A stretch of DNA of 32,000 nt from Desulfobulbus propionicus DSM 2032 (GTDB lineage: Bacteria > Desulfobacterota > Desulfobulbia > Desulfobulbales > Desulfobulbaceae). The translations under genes were made by a program, and so were the position numbers. Where the stretch lies: the NCBI RefSeq assembly GCF_000186885.1, contig NC_014972.1, positions 2,130,001 through 2,162,000 of the forward strand. Reading direction: 5' to 3'. Below are positions 17,011 to 26,033 of this stretch, piece by piece; within the stretch, counting starts at the first letter, position 1, and each line of letters starts with the position of its first letter. Below the pieces are notes generated by a model that ran no database searches, was not told where the DNA came from, and saw nothing but the letters and a program-made list of their open reading frames with translations.

Positions 17011-17907
17011 GTGAAGCAGTTCCTCGCCAACAGTCTGCGATCCGCCGTGCAGAGCGGCCTGTTGATCCTCAAGTTCGTGGTGCCGCTGTATCTCCTGGCC
17101 GATATACTGCTCTATTTCGATCTCCTGCGTCCCCTCGGTTTTCTTTTTGCCCCGGTAACCAGCCTGCTCGACCTGCCGCCGGAGGCTGCGGTGGCCTTGG
17201 CCGGCGGGGTGCTGATCAACATCTATGCCGGTATCGCCTTTGCCGCGCCCCTGGACCTTTCTCCTTATCAGTGGACCGTGCTCGCGGTCTTTCTCGGCGT
17301 CTGCCACTCGATGATCGTCGAAAGCGCCATCATGGCCAAGCTGGGGATCTCCTACGGCTATTCCATCCTCCTGCGGGGTTTTGGTGCCTGCCTGACCGTC
17401 CTCCCGGTGCTGTTTCTGCCCGCCTCCCTGTTCAGTCAGCAACAGCAACACGATACACTCACCCTGCCGCGGTACGACGATTTCTGGCAGATGCTCTTCC
17501 ATTCCCTGCACAAAGCCGTGGTGCTGTCGGTGGAGATCATCCTGCTGATCAGCCTGATTATCGTGGTCATGGATTTGCTCAAGGCGAGCCGTCTGCTCCA
17601 GGCGCGCCTGGAAAAGGTCAACACCGCCTTCTCGATCATCGTCGGCCAACTGCTCGGCATTACCTATGGGGCCGGCATTCTCATCCGCGAGGCCAGCCGG
17701 GGCGCGCTCAGCCGCGAGGATATATTTTTCATCGGCACCTTTCTCATGATCTGTCACTCGATTGTCGAGGATGTGTTGCTGTTTGTCCTGTTCGGGGCCA
17801 ATTATTGGGTTATACTCGGTGTCCGTCTGACCGCGGCCCTGGTGCTCAGCGCTCTCCTCCTGCGCGTTTTTCGTCTCGTTTCGCTCGACTGGGTCATCCG
17901 GCCCTGA
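17011..17907 (+). CDS. Nucleoside-recognition (FeoB-type Gate) domain membrane protein, 298 aa, GTG start
   Basis: Polytopic membrane protein with two gate-like halves (LLDLPPEAAVALAGGVLINIYAGIAF..., ...IIVGQLLGITYGAGILIRE) resembling the C-terminal membrane domain of FeoB. There is no G-domain. Confidence 0.6.
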   Translation: MKQFLANSLRSAVQSGLLILKFVVPLYLLADILLYFDLLRPLGFLFAPVTSLLDLPPEAAVALAGGVLINIYAGIAFAAPLDLSPYQWTVLAVFLGVCHSMIVESAIMAKLGISYGYSILLRGFGACLTVLPVLFLPASLFSQQQQHDTLTLPRYDDFWQMLFHSLHKAVVLSVEIILLISLIIVVMDLLKASRLLQARLEKVNTAFSIIVGQLLGITYGAGILIREASRGALSREDIFFIGTFLMICHSIVEDVLLFVLFGANYWVILGVRLTAALVLSALLLRVFRLVSLDWVIRP

Positions 17908-18014
17908 GCATCCAGCGTGCATGGAAGGCGTACCCGGTTCTTGCGGCCGCCAACGCAGCCACCCGATGGCCTGACCGCCCCCAAGGCTGCAACGCCCTCA
18001 AAGGAGACCGATTC

Positions 18015-19199
18015 GTGTCTGTTCGCACCCTGCTCCGCCAACACTCCATCCTGACCAAGATCTACTTCTGCACGGTCATCACCTTTTGCTCCCTGTACGC
18101 GGCCCAACCGATCCAACCGGTTTTCCAGCACGAATTCGCGCTGACCTCGTTTCAGGCCATCCTGTTCACCACCCTGATGATGCTGCCGCTCGGCTTTGCG
18201 CCGATGTTCTACGGGGTGCTGCTGGAATCGCTCTCCGCCCGCCTGATCGTGCGCACCGCCGTCCTGCTGCTCGGGGGCTTGGAACTGGTGTTCAGCCAAA
18301 CCAGCAACTATCTGCTGCTCTTGATTCTGCGCGGCCTCCAGGGCATGGTCATCCCGGCCATTCTCACCTCGCTGGTCAGCTATATCTCCTTCACCGCGCC
18401 ACGCGAGGATGTGCAGACGGCCATCGCCCGCTACATCGCGGCCACCATTCTCGGCGGTTTCCTGGGACGTTTCCTGTCCGGGCTGTGCACCGATCTGTTC
18501 GGCTGGCGGTTTTTCTTCTTTCTCCTGGGTGCACTGCTGCTCTGGGCCTTTTTCCTCCTGCGCACCCTGGAAAAGGATGCCAACCTTGCCTACAGCCGGC
18601 CCAAGGCGGCCGAGGTGATGGAATTGATCAGGCAGCCGCAGTTTTTCTGGCTCTACTGCACCATTTTTGCGGTCTTCTTCGTTTTCGCCGGCCTGCTCAA
18701 TTTCCTGCCCTTTCAGCTGAAAGCGATCAATCCGGCCTTTCGCGAAACCGGCATCGGTTTCATGTATTTCGGTTATGTGATGGGGATCTTGGTGTCGCTC
18801 AACGTGCGGCGGATGATCAGTCTGTTCGGCTCGGAAACCAAGGTGGCCATGAGCGGCCTCTTTCTCTACATCGTCGGCATCTGCGGCTTCATGATCCCCG
18901 ATCACCGAGCCATGTTCCTTGCCATGTTCGTTTTCTGCACCGGCATGTTCATGGCCCATGCACTCCTGTCCGGCTACGTCAACACCCTGGCGAAAAGCAA
19001 GAAGGGGATCGCCAATGGGGTCTATATCTCGTTCTATTATCTGGGTGGCACCATCGGCTCGTTTGCGCCAGGGGCGCTCTACGAGTGCTGTGGCTGGAAG
19101 GTCTTTCTCGCCAGCCTGATCGCGGTGATCTGCGGGGCCATGTATTGCCTCCGCCGGTTGCAGCAGTCCGCCGCGACGGTGGCTCTGAAAGCGGCCTGA
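18015..19199 (+). CDS. MFS transporter (394 aa), GTG start
   Basis: About 12 TM segments. The MFS-like loop motif is LRGLQGMVIPAILTS. AAGGAG at 18001-18006 lies 8 nt upstream of GTG 18015. The upstream 1 kb of the 736-aa track ORF is an out-of-frame read-through of the previous gene. Confidence 0.8.
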   Translation: MSVRTLLRQHSILTKIYFCTVITFCSLYAAQPIQPVFQHEFALTSFQAILFTTLMMLPLGFAPMFYGVLLESLSARLIVRTAVLLLGGLELVFSQTSNYLLLLILRGLQGMVIPAILTSLVSYISFTAPREDVQTAIARYIAATILGGFLGRFLSGLCTDLFGWRFFFFLLGALLLWAFFLLRTLEKDANLAYSRPKAAEVMELIRQPQFFWLYCTIFAVFFVFAGLLNFLPFQLKAINPAFRETGIGFMYFGYVMGILVSLNVRRMISLFGSETKVAMSGLFLYIVGICGFMIPDHRAMFLAMFVFCTGMFMAHALLSGYVNTLAKSKKGIANGVYISFYYLGGTIGSFAPGALYECCGWKVFLASLIAVICGAMYCLRRLQQSAATVALKAA

Positions 19200-19317
19200 T
19201 CGCCTTTTCTCCGGAGCGCAACCCCGGGAGGGGAGAAACAGGTGAAAGAATGCGGCGCCCAGCGAAAGCGGGCTTAAGGATCGGGCGCAAGCGGTCGATA
19301 GAACAAGGAAGGCAAGG

Positions 19318-20055
19318 ATGCTTGAAACTTCTGCGCAGAAAGGGATGACACGCATGCAATACCGGATAGAGCCTGATACCGCCGCCACCGCCCGCGTCAT
19401 GGATAAAACAGCGAGGAAAAACGCTTCCCAGGCCGCGCGCATCGCCCAGAAAGGACAGTGGAGCAATCCGGGGACGGCGGTAGCCCTCCACCCCAGTTTT
19501 CAGCAATTTCTGGCCGAACAGACCACCCTTCGGGGAACCCAGTCAATCGGGGCGCGCCATGTCCGACCTGCCGCCCCGCAACAGGGTGCCGCTCCGGAAA
19601 TCATCCATACCCTGCGTCAGGGCGAAACCATTTGGGAACTGGCGCGGAAGAAGTACCATGTCGAGCCGGAGGCCATCCTCCGCCTCAACAACATTACCCA
19701 TCCCGGCACACTGCGGGCCGGCCAGCAGATTCGCATTCCTTCCGCAAACAGCGGCGGTTTCGTCGACACCGCCGAGGAAGTGGTGGCCGGCTGGTATGGC
19801 GAATATCACCACGGGCGGCTGATGGCCAATGGCGAGCGGTTCGACATGCACGGCGCCACCATCGCCCACCGCGACATGCCCATGGGCACCCGGGTGGAAC
19901 TGGAAAATCCGCAGACCGGGCAGCGGGTCGAGGCCGTGGTCACCGACCGGGGACCCTACCATCGGGGGCGCGATGTGGACCTCAGCTACGGGTTGGCCGA
20001 ACGTTTATCCCTCACCAGGCAGGGCGTCGGCAACTTGAAGATGCGGGTGCTGTAA
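19318..20055 (+). CDS. LysM domain + RlpA-like double-psi beta-barrel protein (245 aa), no obvious signal peptide
   Basis: LysM domain: HTLRQGETIWELARKKYHVEPEAILRLNNITHPGTLRAGQQIRIP. DPBB domain: AGWYGEYHHGRLMANGERFDMHGATIAHRDMPMGTRVELENPQTGQRVEAVVTDRGPYHRGRDVDLS. The start is uncertain, with alternative ATGs at 19345 and 19354. Confidence 0.8.
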   Translation: MLETSAQKGMTRMQYRIEPDTAATARVMDKTARKNASQAARIAQKGQWSNPGTAVALHPSFQQFLAEQTTLRGTQSIGARHVRPAAPQQGAAPEIIHTLRQGETIWELARKKYHVEPEAILRLNNITHPGTLRAGQQIRIPSANSGGFVDTAEEVVAGWYGEYHHGRLMANGERFDMHGATIAHRDMPMGTRVELENPQTGQRVEAVVTDRGPYHRGRDVDLSYGLAERLSLTRQGVGNLKMRVL

Positions 20056-20199
20056 CGCCTTTCCTTTTGGGGTATCCGCCGCGGCTGATGTGTCCACCGA
20101 TCCCCATGCCTTCTCCGGCATGACCGAAATCGCCCTCCCCGGATGCCTTTTATCGTTTTCCTGGTTTTTGCCCCCTCCTCCGTTCGTAGCGGCCACGTG

Positions 20200-21069
20200 T
20201 CAGCGCAGCATCCGGGATCGCGGCTCCCGCGCATACCACACCAACCCTGCCGAGCAACCGGTGATTCCAGCCAGCTCCCAGGGACTGAGCGCCTCGCCCA
20301 GCAACAACCAGGCCAGCAGGGCCGTGGTTACCGGGACAAAGGACATGAACAGGGCCACGGTGATCGTGCCCAAATGGTGGATGGCATAGGCCACGCACAC
20401 CAGGGCGAGCACATTGACGATCACCCCTTGATAAATGGCCTGCAGGGCCATATCGTGGTACGTAGCCGTGGACAGGCCGGAAGGAAAAACAAACCACAAT
20501 GGGGTAAAAATCAGCACGTTGACCACCGGCACGATGACGATCACGTCTCGCCAGCTCATCTGCCATAGGCGGATGCCGGTCATGTGCAGGGTGTAACAGA
20601 GGGCGGCGGCCAAGAGGAGAACGATGCCGGCAACCTGGTCGGGAGAAAACAGCGAACCGCCGGTCATCACCAGGTTGGAGCAAAAAATCAGGCCGATGGC
20701 CGCGTAACGATGGCCCGCGATCCGCTGGCGGAAAAGCAGCCAGGCAGCGACGGCCCCCAGTACCGGCAGCATGCCGTTGACCAGCACCCCGGCATGGGCG
20801 GCACGCAACACCTTGAGTCCGTAAAAGGAGAGCATGGTATAGGGAAACCCCACTCCCAGACCGATGACCAGATACTGCCACAAGCGGGTAGGGGTCCACG
20901 GATAGCGCAGAATCAACGGCGATACCACCAGCGCGGCGGTCCAGTAGCGCAGCAAGGTGATGTCCGCTGGCTGCAAATGGGTATGGACGCCGTGGCGGGA
21001 CAAGGTGATCCACCCCGACCAGATGAGCACCACGGCTAGGCCGGCGAGCGTAGGTTTGATCGCTTTCAT
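20200..21069 (-). CDS. EamA/DMT family transporter (289 aa)
   Basis: The sequence begins MKAIKPTLAGLAVVLIWSGWITLSR... It has 10 predicted TM segments arranged as two EamA-like halves. Only the 3' third of the 746-aa track ORF is real. Confidence 0.85.
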   Translation of the reverse strand: MKAIKPTLAGLAVVLIWSGWITLSRHGVHTHLQPADITLLRYWTAALVVSPLILRYPWTPTRLWQYLVIGLGVGFPYTMLSFYGLKVLRAAHAGVLVNGMLPVLGAVAAWLLFRQRIAGHRYAAIGLIFCSNLVMTGGSLFSPDQVAGIVLLLAAALCYTLHMTGIRLWQMSWRDVIVIVPVVNVLIFTPLWFVFPSGLSTATYHDMALQAIYQGVIVNVLALVCVAYAIHHLGTITVALFMSFVPVTTALLAWLLLGEALSPWELAGITGCSAGLVWYAREPRSRMLR

Positions 21070-21153
21070 GGGGGGCAAGCAATACTCCGGAAACGGCGAA
21101 CCCGCAAGGGTTTCATCGACATCGCCCGCAACCGCAACCCAGGAGGGACAAAC

Positions 21154-22755
21154 ATGAGCCGACCACTGACACCCCCCCACGCGCTGGACGCCCTCACCTT
21201 CGACAACCGCTTCACCCGAGCGTTGCCCGCCGATCCACGCAGCGACAACAGCCGCCGCCAAGTCCACCAAGCCTGTTACTCGCGGGTGCGGCCGGTGCAG
21301 GTCAGGGAACCACGCCTGGTTGCCGTTTCCCGCGAAGCGGCCGCCCTGCTTGACCTGACCGAGAACGACTGCCGGTGCGAACGCTTTCTCCAGGTGTTTG
21401 CCGGCAATAGCCTGCTGGCCGGCATGGATCCGCACGCCCTCTGTTACGGCGGCCATCAATTCGGCAACTGGGCCAGGCAGTTGGGCGACGGCCGGGCGAT
21501 CAACCTGGGCGAGGTTGTCAATCGACGCGGCGAGCACTGGACCCTGCAGCTCAAGGGAGCGGGGCCGACTCCCTATTCGCGCAATGCCGATGGTCTGGCG
21601 GTGCTGCGCTCGTCGTTGCGCGAATTTCTCTGCAGCGAGGCCATGTTCCACCTGGGCGTCCCCACCACCCGCGCGCTGAGCCTCATTCTCACCGGTGAAT
21701 CGGTGCTGCGCGACATGTTCTACGACGGCAATCCGGCCCTGGAACCGGGTGCCGTGATCTGCCGCCTGGCTCCCTCCTTTCTTCGCTTCGGCAATTATGA
21801 ACTTCTTGCCGCCCGCGGGGAAACCGCTCTCCTTCGCCAATTGGTCGATTTTACCCTGCGCACTTTTTTCCCCCATCTGGGCGATCCGGGCCCCGCCGCC
21901 TATGGCCGATGGTTTGCGGAGATCTGCCGCACCACCGCGGAGCTGATGGTCCACTGGCTGCGGGTCGGCTTTGTTCACGGGGTGATGAACACCGACAACA
22001 TGTCGATCCTTGGCCTGACCATCGATTACGGTCCTTACGGCTGGCTGGAGGATTACGACCCCACCTGGACCCCGAACACCACCGACGCCATGGGCCGACG
22101 CTACTGCTATGGCCGTCAGCCGCAGATCGCCCACTGGAATCTGGCCCAGTTGGCCACTGCCCTCTCCCCCTTGATCGGCGAAACCGAACCGCTGGAAGAG
22201 GCCCTGCGCGACTACGCCCACCACTTCGAACAGGGCTGGCAGACGATGATGGCGCGCAAATTGGGCTTGCGCGCCTTTGAACCGCACTCCGACCGTCCCC
22301 TGGTGGAAGAGCTGCTGCGCCTGTTGCCCGAAGTGGAAACCGACATGACCCTCTTTTTTCGCCGGCTGGCCATGGTGCCATCCGGTTGCGCCGAGGATCG
22401 TGTGCAACCGTTGCGGGATGCCTTTTACCGACCCGAGCAACTGACCGAGCCATACCGCCAGCGCTTACACGGCTGGATCGAACGTTACCGCCAGCGATTG
22501 CAGCGCGACAATCTGCCCGATGCGGAGCGCTGCCGGCGAATGAACGCGGTCAACCCCAAATACGTGCTGCGTAACTATCTGGCGCAACTGGCCATCGACA
22601 AGATCATGGAAGGCGAGTATTCCCTGGTGGAGGAGATGCTCGAGGTGCTGCGTCACCCCTATGACGAACAACCGGGCAGGGAATGGTTTGCCGAGAAACG
22701 GCCCGAGTGGGCCCGCCACCGGCCAGGGTGCTCGATGTTGTCGTGCAGTTCCTGA
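21154..22755 (+). CDS. selO: Protein adenylyltransferase SelO (YdiU/UPF0061), 533 aa
   Basis: Motifs GHQFGNWARQLGDGRAINLGEV, LQLKGAGPTPYSR, REFLCSEAMFHLGVPTTRALS and MNTDNMSILGLTIDYGPYGWL are present. The C-terminus ...MLSCSS has Cys at the position that is Sec in eukaryotic SelO. Confidence 0.93.
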   Translation: MSRPLTPPHALDALTFDNRFTRALPADPRSDNSRRQVHQACYSRVRPVQVREPRLVAVSREAAALLDLTENDCRCERFLQVFAGNSLLAGMDPHALCYGGHQFGNWARQLGDGRAINLGEVVNRRGEHWTLQLKGAGPTPYSRNADGLAVLRSSLREFLCSEAMFHLGVPTTRALSLILTGESVLRDMFYDGNPALEPGAVICRLAPSFLRFGNYELLAARGETALLRQLVDFTLRTFFPHLGDPGPAAYGRWFAEICRTTAELMVHWLRVGFVHGVMNTDNMSILGLTIDYGPYGWLEDYDPTWTPNTTDAMGRRYCYGRQPQIAHWNLAQLATALSPLIGETEPLEEALRDYAHHFEQGWQTMMARKLGLRAFEPHSDRPLVEELLRLLPEVETDMTLFFRRLAMVPSGCAEDRVQPLRDAFYRPEQLTEPYRQRLHGWIERYRQRLQRDNLPDAERCRRMNAVNPKYVLRNYLAQLAIDKIMEGEYSLVEEMLEVLRHPYDEQPGREWFAEKRPEWARHRPGCSMLSCSS

Positions 22756-22895
22756 ACGCCTCTCCGGCGTCGCAGCCGCAGTTTTCTTTTCCGGTCGAAA
22801 AGCGCACGAGCAGGCGCCGTTGTCAAGGGACACGCTCGACTAGGAGCTGACAGGAAAGGGTAAAACCAATGCCATACTCTTTTTCAGGAGGAACC

Positions 22896-23537
22896 ATGAA
22901 CACCACGCCGTGCTGGCAGGCGGTTTTCTTTGATTTTGACGGCGTCATCGCCGATTCCACCGAGGTCAAGGTCCGGGCCTTTTCCGCCCTCTTCGCCCCC
23001 CACGGCCCGACGGTGCAGCGGCAAGTAGTCCGCTATCACCTGGACAACGGCGGCATGCCCCGGCACGCGAAGTTACGCCATTGTTTCGAGGCCTTTGTCG
23101 GCCGCACCATTGACGATAGCGAACTGGATCGCCTAGGCCGAACCTTCTCGGCCCTGGTGCTCGACGAGGTGGTGGCTGCCCCCCAGATTGCCGGTGCCCT
23201 CGAAGCCTTGCGGCAGCTCAAGCAGGCCGCCATTCCAGCCTTTGTCGTCTCCGGTACCCCGGAAGAGGAGATGCGCCTGATCGTCAGCCGCAAGGGGTTG
23301 GCGCCCTTGTTCACCGAGGTTCACGGTTCCCCACGGACCAAAAGCGAGATTGTTGCCGACATCCTTGACCGTCATGGCCTTGCTGGGCCGCGCTGCCTGT
23401 TCATCGGCGATGCACTGGCCGATTACCGTGCCGCCGAGTCCACCGGCCTGAGCTTTCTGGGCATCGTGCCCCAGGGGCAGCCTTCGATCTTTCCCGCCGA
23501 CGTGCCGATCAGTTCGGAGGTGCTCCTCGACTGGTAG
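22896..23537 (+). CDS. HAD-superfamily hydrolase (phosphatase-like), 213 aa
   Basis: Motif I is FFDFDGVIADS, with SGT and a GDALADYRAA motif-IV-like sequence. AGGAGG lies 4 nt upstream of ATG 22896, which is preferred over the track start at 22869. Confidence 0.85.
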   Translation: MNTTPCWQAVFFDFDGVIADSTEVKVRAFSALFAPHGPTVQRQVVRYHLDNGGMPRHAKLRHCFEAFVGRTIDDSELDRLGRTFSALVLDEVVAAPQIAGALEALRQLKQAAIPAFVVSGTPEEEMRLIVSRKGLAPLFTEVHGSPRTKSEIVADILDRHGLAGPRCLFIGDALADYRAAESTGLSFLGIVPQGQPSIFPADVPISSEVLLDW

Positions 23538-23594
23538 CGGCAGCGCGCCACTTCCCCACCTCCGTCAGGGTATTCGGCCCCCATGAGGTTCGTC

Positions 23595-23623
23595 TTGACA
23601 GGGGGTGTTTCTTCCTCTATAGA
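23595..23623 (+). promoter_or_regulatory. Candidate sigma-70 promoter for thiM-thiE-thiD
   Basis: A perfect TTGACA at 23595-23600, a 17-bp spacer, and TATAGA at 23618-23623 (4/6, lacking the final T). It lies about 130 bp upstream of the thiM ATG. Confidence 0.35.
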
Positions 23624-23754
23624 CAGGGCTTGATTCAATTTTTCTATCGAACCACAGGCCGGCGGCACCCCTGGGTTTCAGTCCGGGGGCACCTTGTTGT
23701 CCGCTCCCGTCGCCCTGATGCCACGTGTGTTCTCTTCATCGTCAGAGGTCGTCC

Positions 23755-24561
23755 ATGTCCGCACTTGCCGGCAAAATCGCCGAAAACCTCAACAAGATCA
23801 GGGCAACCCAGCCGTTGATCCATAACATCACCAATTTCGTGGTGATGAACTTCACCGCCAACGTGCTCCTGGCCAGCGGTGCATCGCCGGTCATGGCCCA
23901 TGCCGACAACGAGGCGGAAGAGATGGTGGAGCATGCCGGTGCCCTGGTGCTGAACATCGGTACCCTGACCGACGCCTGGGTGGGGGCGATGATCCGGGCC
24001 GGACGCAAGGCCTCGGAACTGGGCAAGCCGATCATCCTCGACCCCGTGGGTGCGGGGGCCACCAGCTTGCGGACCAACGCCGCGAGAGCGATCCTCGCCC
24101 AGACCTGGGTGAGCGTGATTCGGGGAAACACCTCGGAAATCCTTTCCCTGGCCGGCCAGGACTCGATCACCAAGGGAGTGGACGCCACCCATGCCCTGAC
24201 CGATGTCAGCGAAACCGCCCCTCTCCTGGCCCGCGAACTCGGCACCACCCTGGCCGTCACTGGGCCGATCGATCTGGTTACCGACGGACGACGCAGCCTG
24301 ATCATTGAAGGCGGTCATTCGCTCATGCCCCGGATCACCGGGACCGGCTGCGCGGCCACGGCCCTGGTCGGCGCCTTTCACGCGGTGGACAAGGATCCGG
24401 TCTCCGCGGCGGCCACGGCGCTTGCCTTTTTTGCCGTCGCCGGCGAGGCGGCGGGCGCCCAGGCCCAGGGACCGGGCAGCTTCGTGATCCATCTGCTCGA
24501 CGCCCTGTACAGCCTCAGCCCAGAGGAAGTGGAGGCGCGCTGCCGTATCCGGCAGGGGTAG
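23755..24561 (+). CDS. thiM: Hydroxyethylthiazole kinase
   Basis: Motifs PLIHNITNFVVMNFTANVLLASGASPVMA, LNIGTL, VIRGNTSEI and ITGTGCA are present. AGAGG lies 6 nt upstream of ATG 23755. Confidence 0.92.
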   Translation: MSALAGKIAENLNKIRATQPLIHNITNFVVMNFTANVLLASGASPVMAHADNEAEEMVEHAGALVLNIGTLTDAWVGAMIRAGRKASELGKPIILDPVGAGATSLRTNAARAILAQTWVSVIRGNTSEILSLAGQDSITKGVDATHALTDVSETAPLLARELGTTLAVTGPIDLVTDGRRSLIIEGGHSLMPRITGTGCAATALVGAFHAVDKDPVSAAATALAFFAVAGEAAGAQAQGPGSFVIHLLDALYSLSPEEVEARCRIRQG

Positions 24562-24564
24562 ACT

Positions 24565-25221
24565 TTGATCGACTATTCGCTCTACCTGGTGACCGATCGG
24601 CACCTTTCCCTGGGCCGGGACACGGTCGACATCGTCCAGGCCGCCATCCGCGGCGGCATCACCTGCGTGCAGTTGCGAGAGAAACACGGTTCCACCCGCC
24701 AGTTCATCGAGGAAGCGCGACAGGTCAGAAACCTGCTGGATTGCCTGGCGAGCACCATTCCGCTGATCATCAACGACCGGGTGGATGTGGCCTTGGCGAC
24801 CGGTGCGGACGGGGTGCATCTCGGCCAACGCGACATGGACATCCGCGATGCCCGGCGACTGGCCGGATCGTCGCTGCTCATCGGCATCTCCGTGGAATCG
24901 GTGGATGACGCGGTGCGGGCCGAGGCCGAAGGTGCCGATTATGTTGGGGTCAGCCCGGTGTTCGCCACCCCGACCAAAAGCGATACCGCGCCGCCGCTCG
25001 GCCTGGCGGGCATCCAGGCTATCCGCGCCGCCGTGTCCCTGCCGCTGGTGGCCATCGGCGGCATCAATGCCGATAATGCGGCGGCGATCATTCGCGCCGG
25101 CGCCGACGGAGTGGCGGTGGTTTCGGCCATTGTCAGCGCCGCCTGTCCCGCACAGGCGGCACGCACGTTGAAAGAACAGATCAGCTCAGTCAAAGGGGGA
25201 GGGCGTCATGGCAATCAATAA
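24565..25221 (+). CDS. thiE: Thiamine-phosphate synthase (TTG start)
   Basis: Motifs LYLVTD, VQLREK, IINDRVDVA, GVHLGQRD, GVSPVFATPTK and VAIGGI are present. It starts 3 nt after the thiM stop. Confidence 0.92.
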   Translation: MIDYSLYLVTDRHLSLGRDTVDIVQAAIRGGITCVQLREKHGSTRQFIEEARQVRNLLDCLASTIPLIINDRVDVALATGADGVHLGQRDMDIRDARRLAGSSLLIGISVESVDDAVRAEAEGADYVGVSPVFATPTKSDTAPPLGLAGIQAIRAAVSLPLVAIGGINADNAAAIIRAGADGVAVVSAIVSAACPAQAARTLKEQISSVKGGGRHGNQ

Positions 25222-26023
25222 AGTCTATCGCCGGGTTCTGACCATCGCCGGTTCAGACAGCGGCGGCGGGGCCGGTATCCAGGCCGATCTGAAAACCATT
25301 GCCGCCAACGGCTGTTACGGCATGAGCGTGATCACCGCCCTGACCGCACAAAACACTCTCGGCGTCACCGCCATCCACGCGGTGCCGGTGGAGTTCGTCG
25401 CCGCCCAGATGGAGGCGGTGCTTTCCGATATTGGCGTCGATGCGGTCAAGATCGGCATGCTCTTTTCGCCGGAGCTGATCCGAACCGTGGCGGAAAATTT
25501 GCGCAAATTCAACATCCGCACCATTGTCCTTGACCCGGTGATGGTGGCCCAGAGCGGCGACAAGCTGCTCCAGGACGAGGCCATCGACGCGCTCAAACAG
25601 CACCTCATCCCCATGGCGGCGCTGATCACCCCCAACCTGCCCGAGGCTTCGGTCCTGCTCGGCCGCGACACCTTTACCCATGCGGCCATCGAACAAGCGG
25701 CCGTTGAACTGGCGGCCATGGGTTGCGCCAATGTGTTGATCAAGGGTGGTCACCTGGAGGGCGGCGACAGCAACGATTGCCTCTATCTTGGCAAGCAAGG
25801 ACGAACGGTCATCCTCCCGGGCGAGCGTATCGCCACCCGCAACAACCATGGCACCGGCTGCACGCTCAGTTCCGCCATCGCCGCCTTCATCGCCCGGGGA
25901 GCAGGGATTGAAGACGCGGTGCGCCTGGCCAAGGACTACATCACCGGTGCCATTCGCGCCGGCGCCGAGTACACCATCGGCCACGGCCACGGACCGGTGC
26001 ATCATTTCTTCCGCTTTTTCTGA
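25208..26023 (+). CDS. thiD: Hydroxymethylpyrimidine / phosphomethylpyrimidine kinase
   Basis: Motifs VLTIAGSDSGGGAGIQADLKT, KIGML, DPVMVA and HGTGCTLSSAIAA are present. It overlaps the thiE end by 14 nt. Confidence 0.93.
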   Translation: MAINKVYRRVLTIAGSDSGGGAGIQADLKTIAANGCYGMSVITALTAQNTLGVTAIHAVPVEFVAAQMEAVLSDIGVDAVKIGMLFSPELIRTVAENLRKFNIRTIVLDPVMVAQSGDKLLQDEAIDALKQHLIPMAALITPNLPEASVLLGRDTFTHAAIEQAAVELAAMGCANVLIKGGHLEGGDSNDCLYLGKQGRTVILPGERIATRNNHGTGCTLSSAIAAFIARGAGIEDAVRLAKDYITGAIRAGAEYTIGHGHGPVHHFFRFF

Positions 26024-26033
26024 AACCGACCAG

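Noticed and set aside
16989-19199. 736-aa plus-strand ORF suggesting one large protein spanning the gate-domain gene and the MFS gene
   Set aside because: The first ~340 codons are an alternative frame of the gate-domain gene, giving an R/P/A-rich nonsense-like sequence. The real MFS protein begins at GTG 18015 behind AAGGAG.
17802-19466. 554-aa minus-strand ORF (and 16891-17922, 343 aa)
   Set aside because: These are antisense to the MFS and gate-domain genes. The composition is low-complexity and charged, with no motifs.
20105-20122. Hairpin CATGCC-ttctcc-GGCATG between the convergent RlpA-like and EamA genes, considered as a bidirectional terminator
   Set aside because: The stem is only 6 bp and there is no U-run on either strand. 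This is insufficient for an intrinsic terminator call.
21070-22440. Upstream two-thirds of the 746-aa minus-strand ORF 20200-22440
   Set aside because: Only the part from MKAIKPT (ATG at 21069) is a coherent EamA transporter. The rest is antisense to selO and has no protein-like features.
22756-22802. Two small hairpins after selO (ACGCC-n5-GGCGT and CTTTTC-n5-GAAAAG), considered as terminators
   Set aside because: The stems are 5-6 bp, one of them AT-only, and the T-rich stretch lies between rather than after them. They are too weak to annotate.
23538-23754. Expected TPP riboswitch upstream of thiM
   Set aside because: I looked for CUGAGA and the ACCUGAUCUGG...GCCAGCG helix on both strands and did not find them. 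It is therefore not annotated as a riboswitch; the absence is reported as a finding that needs cmsearch.
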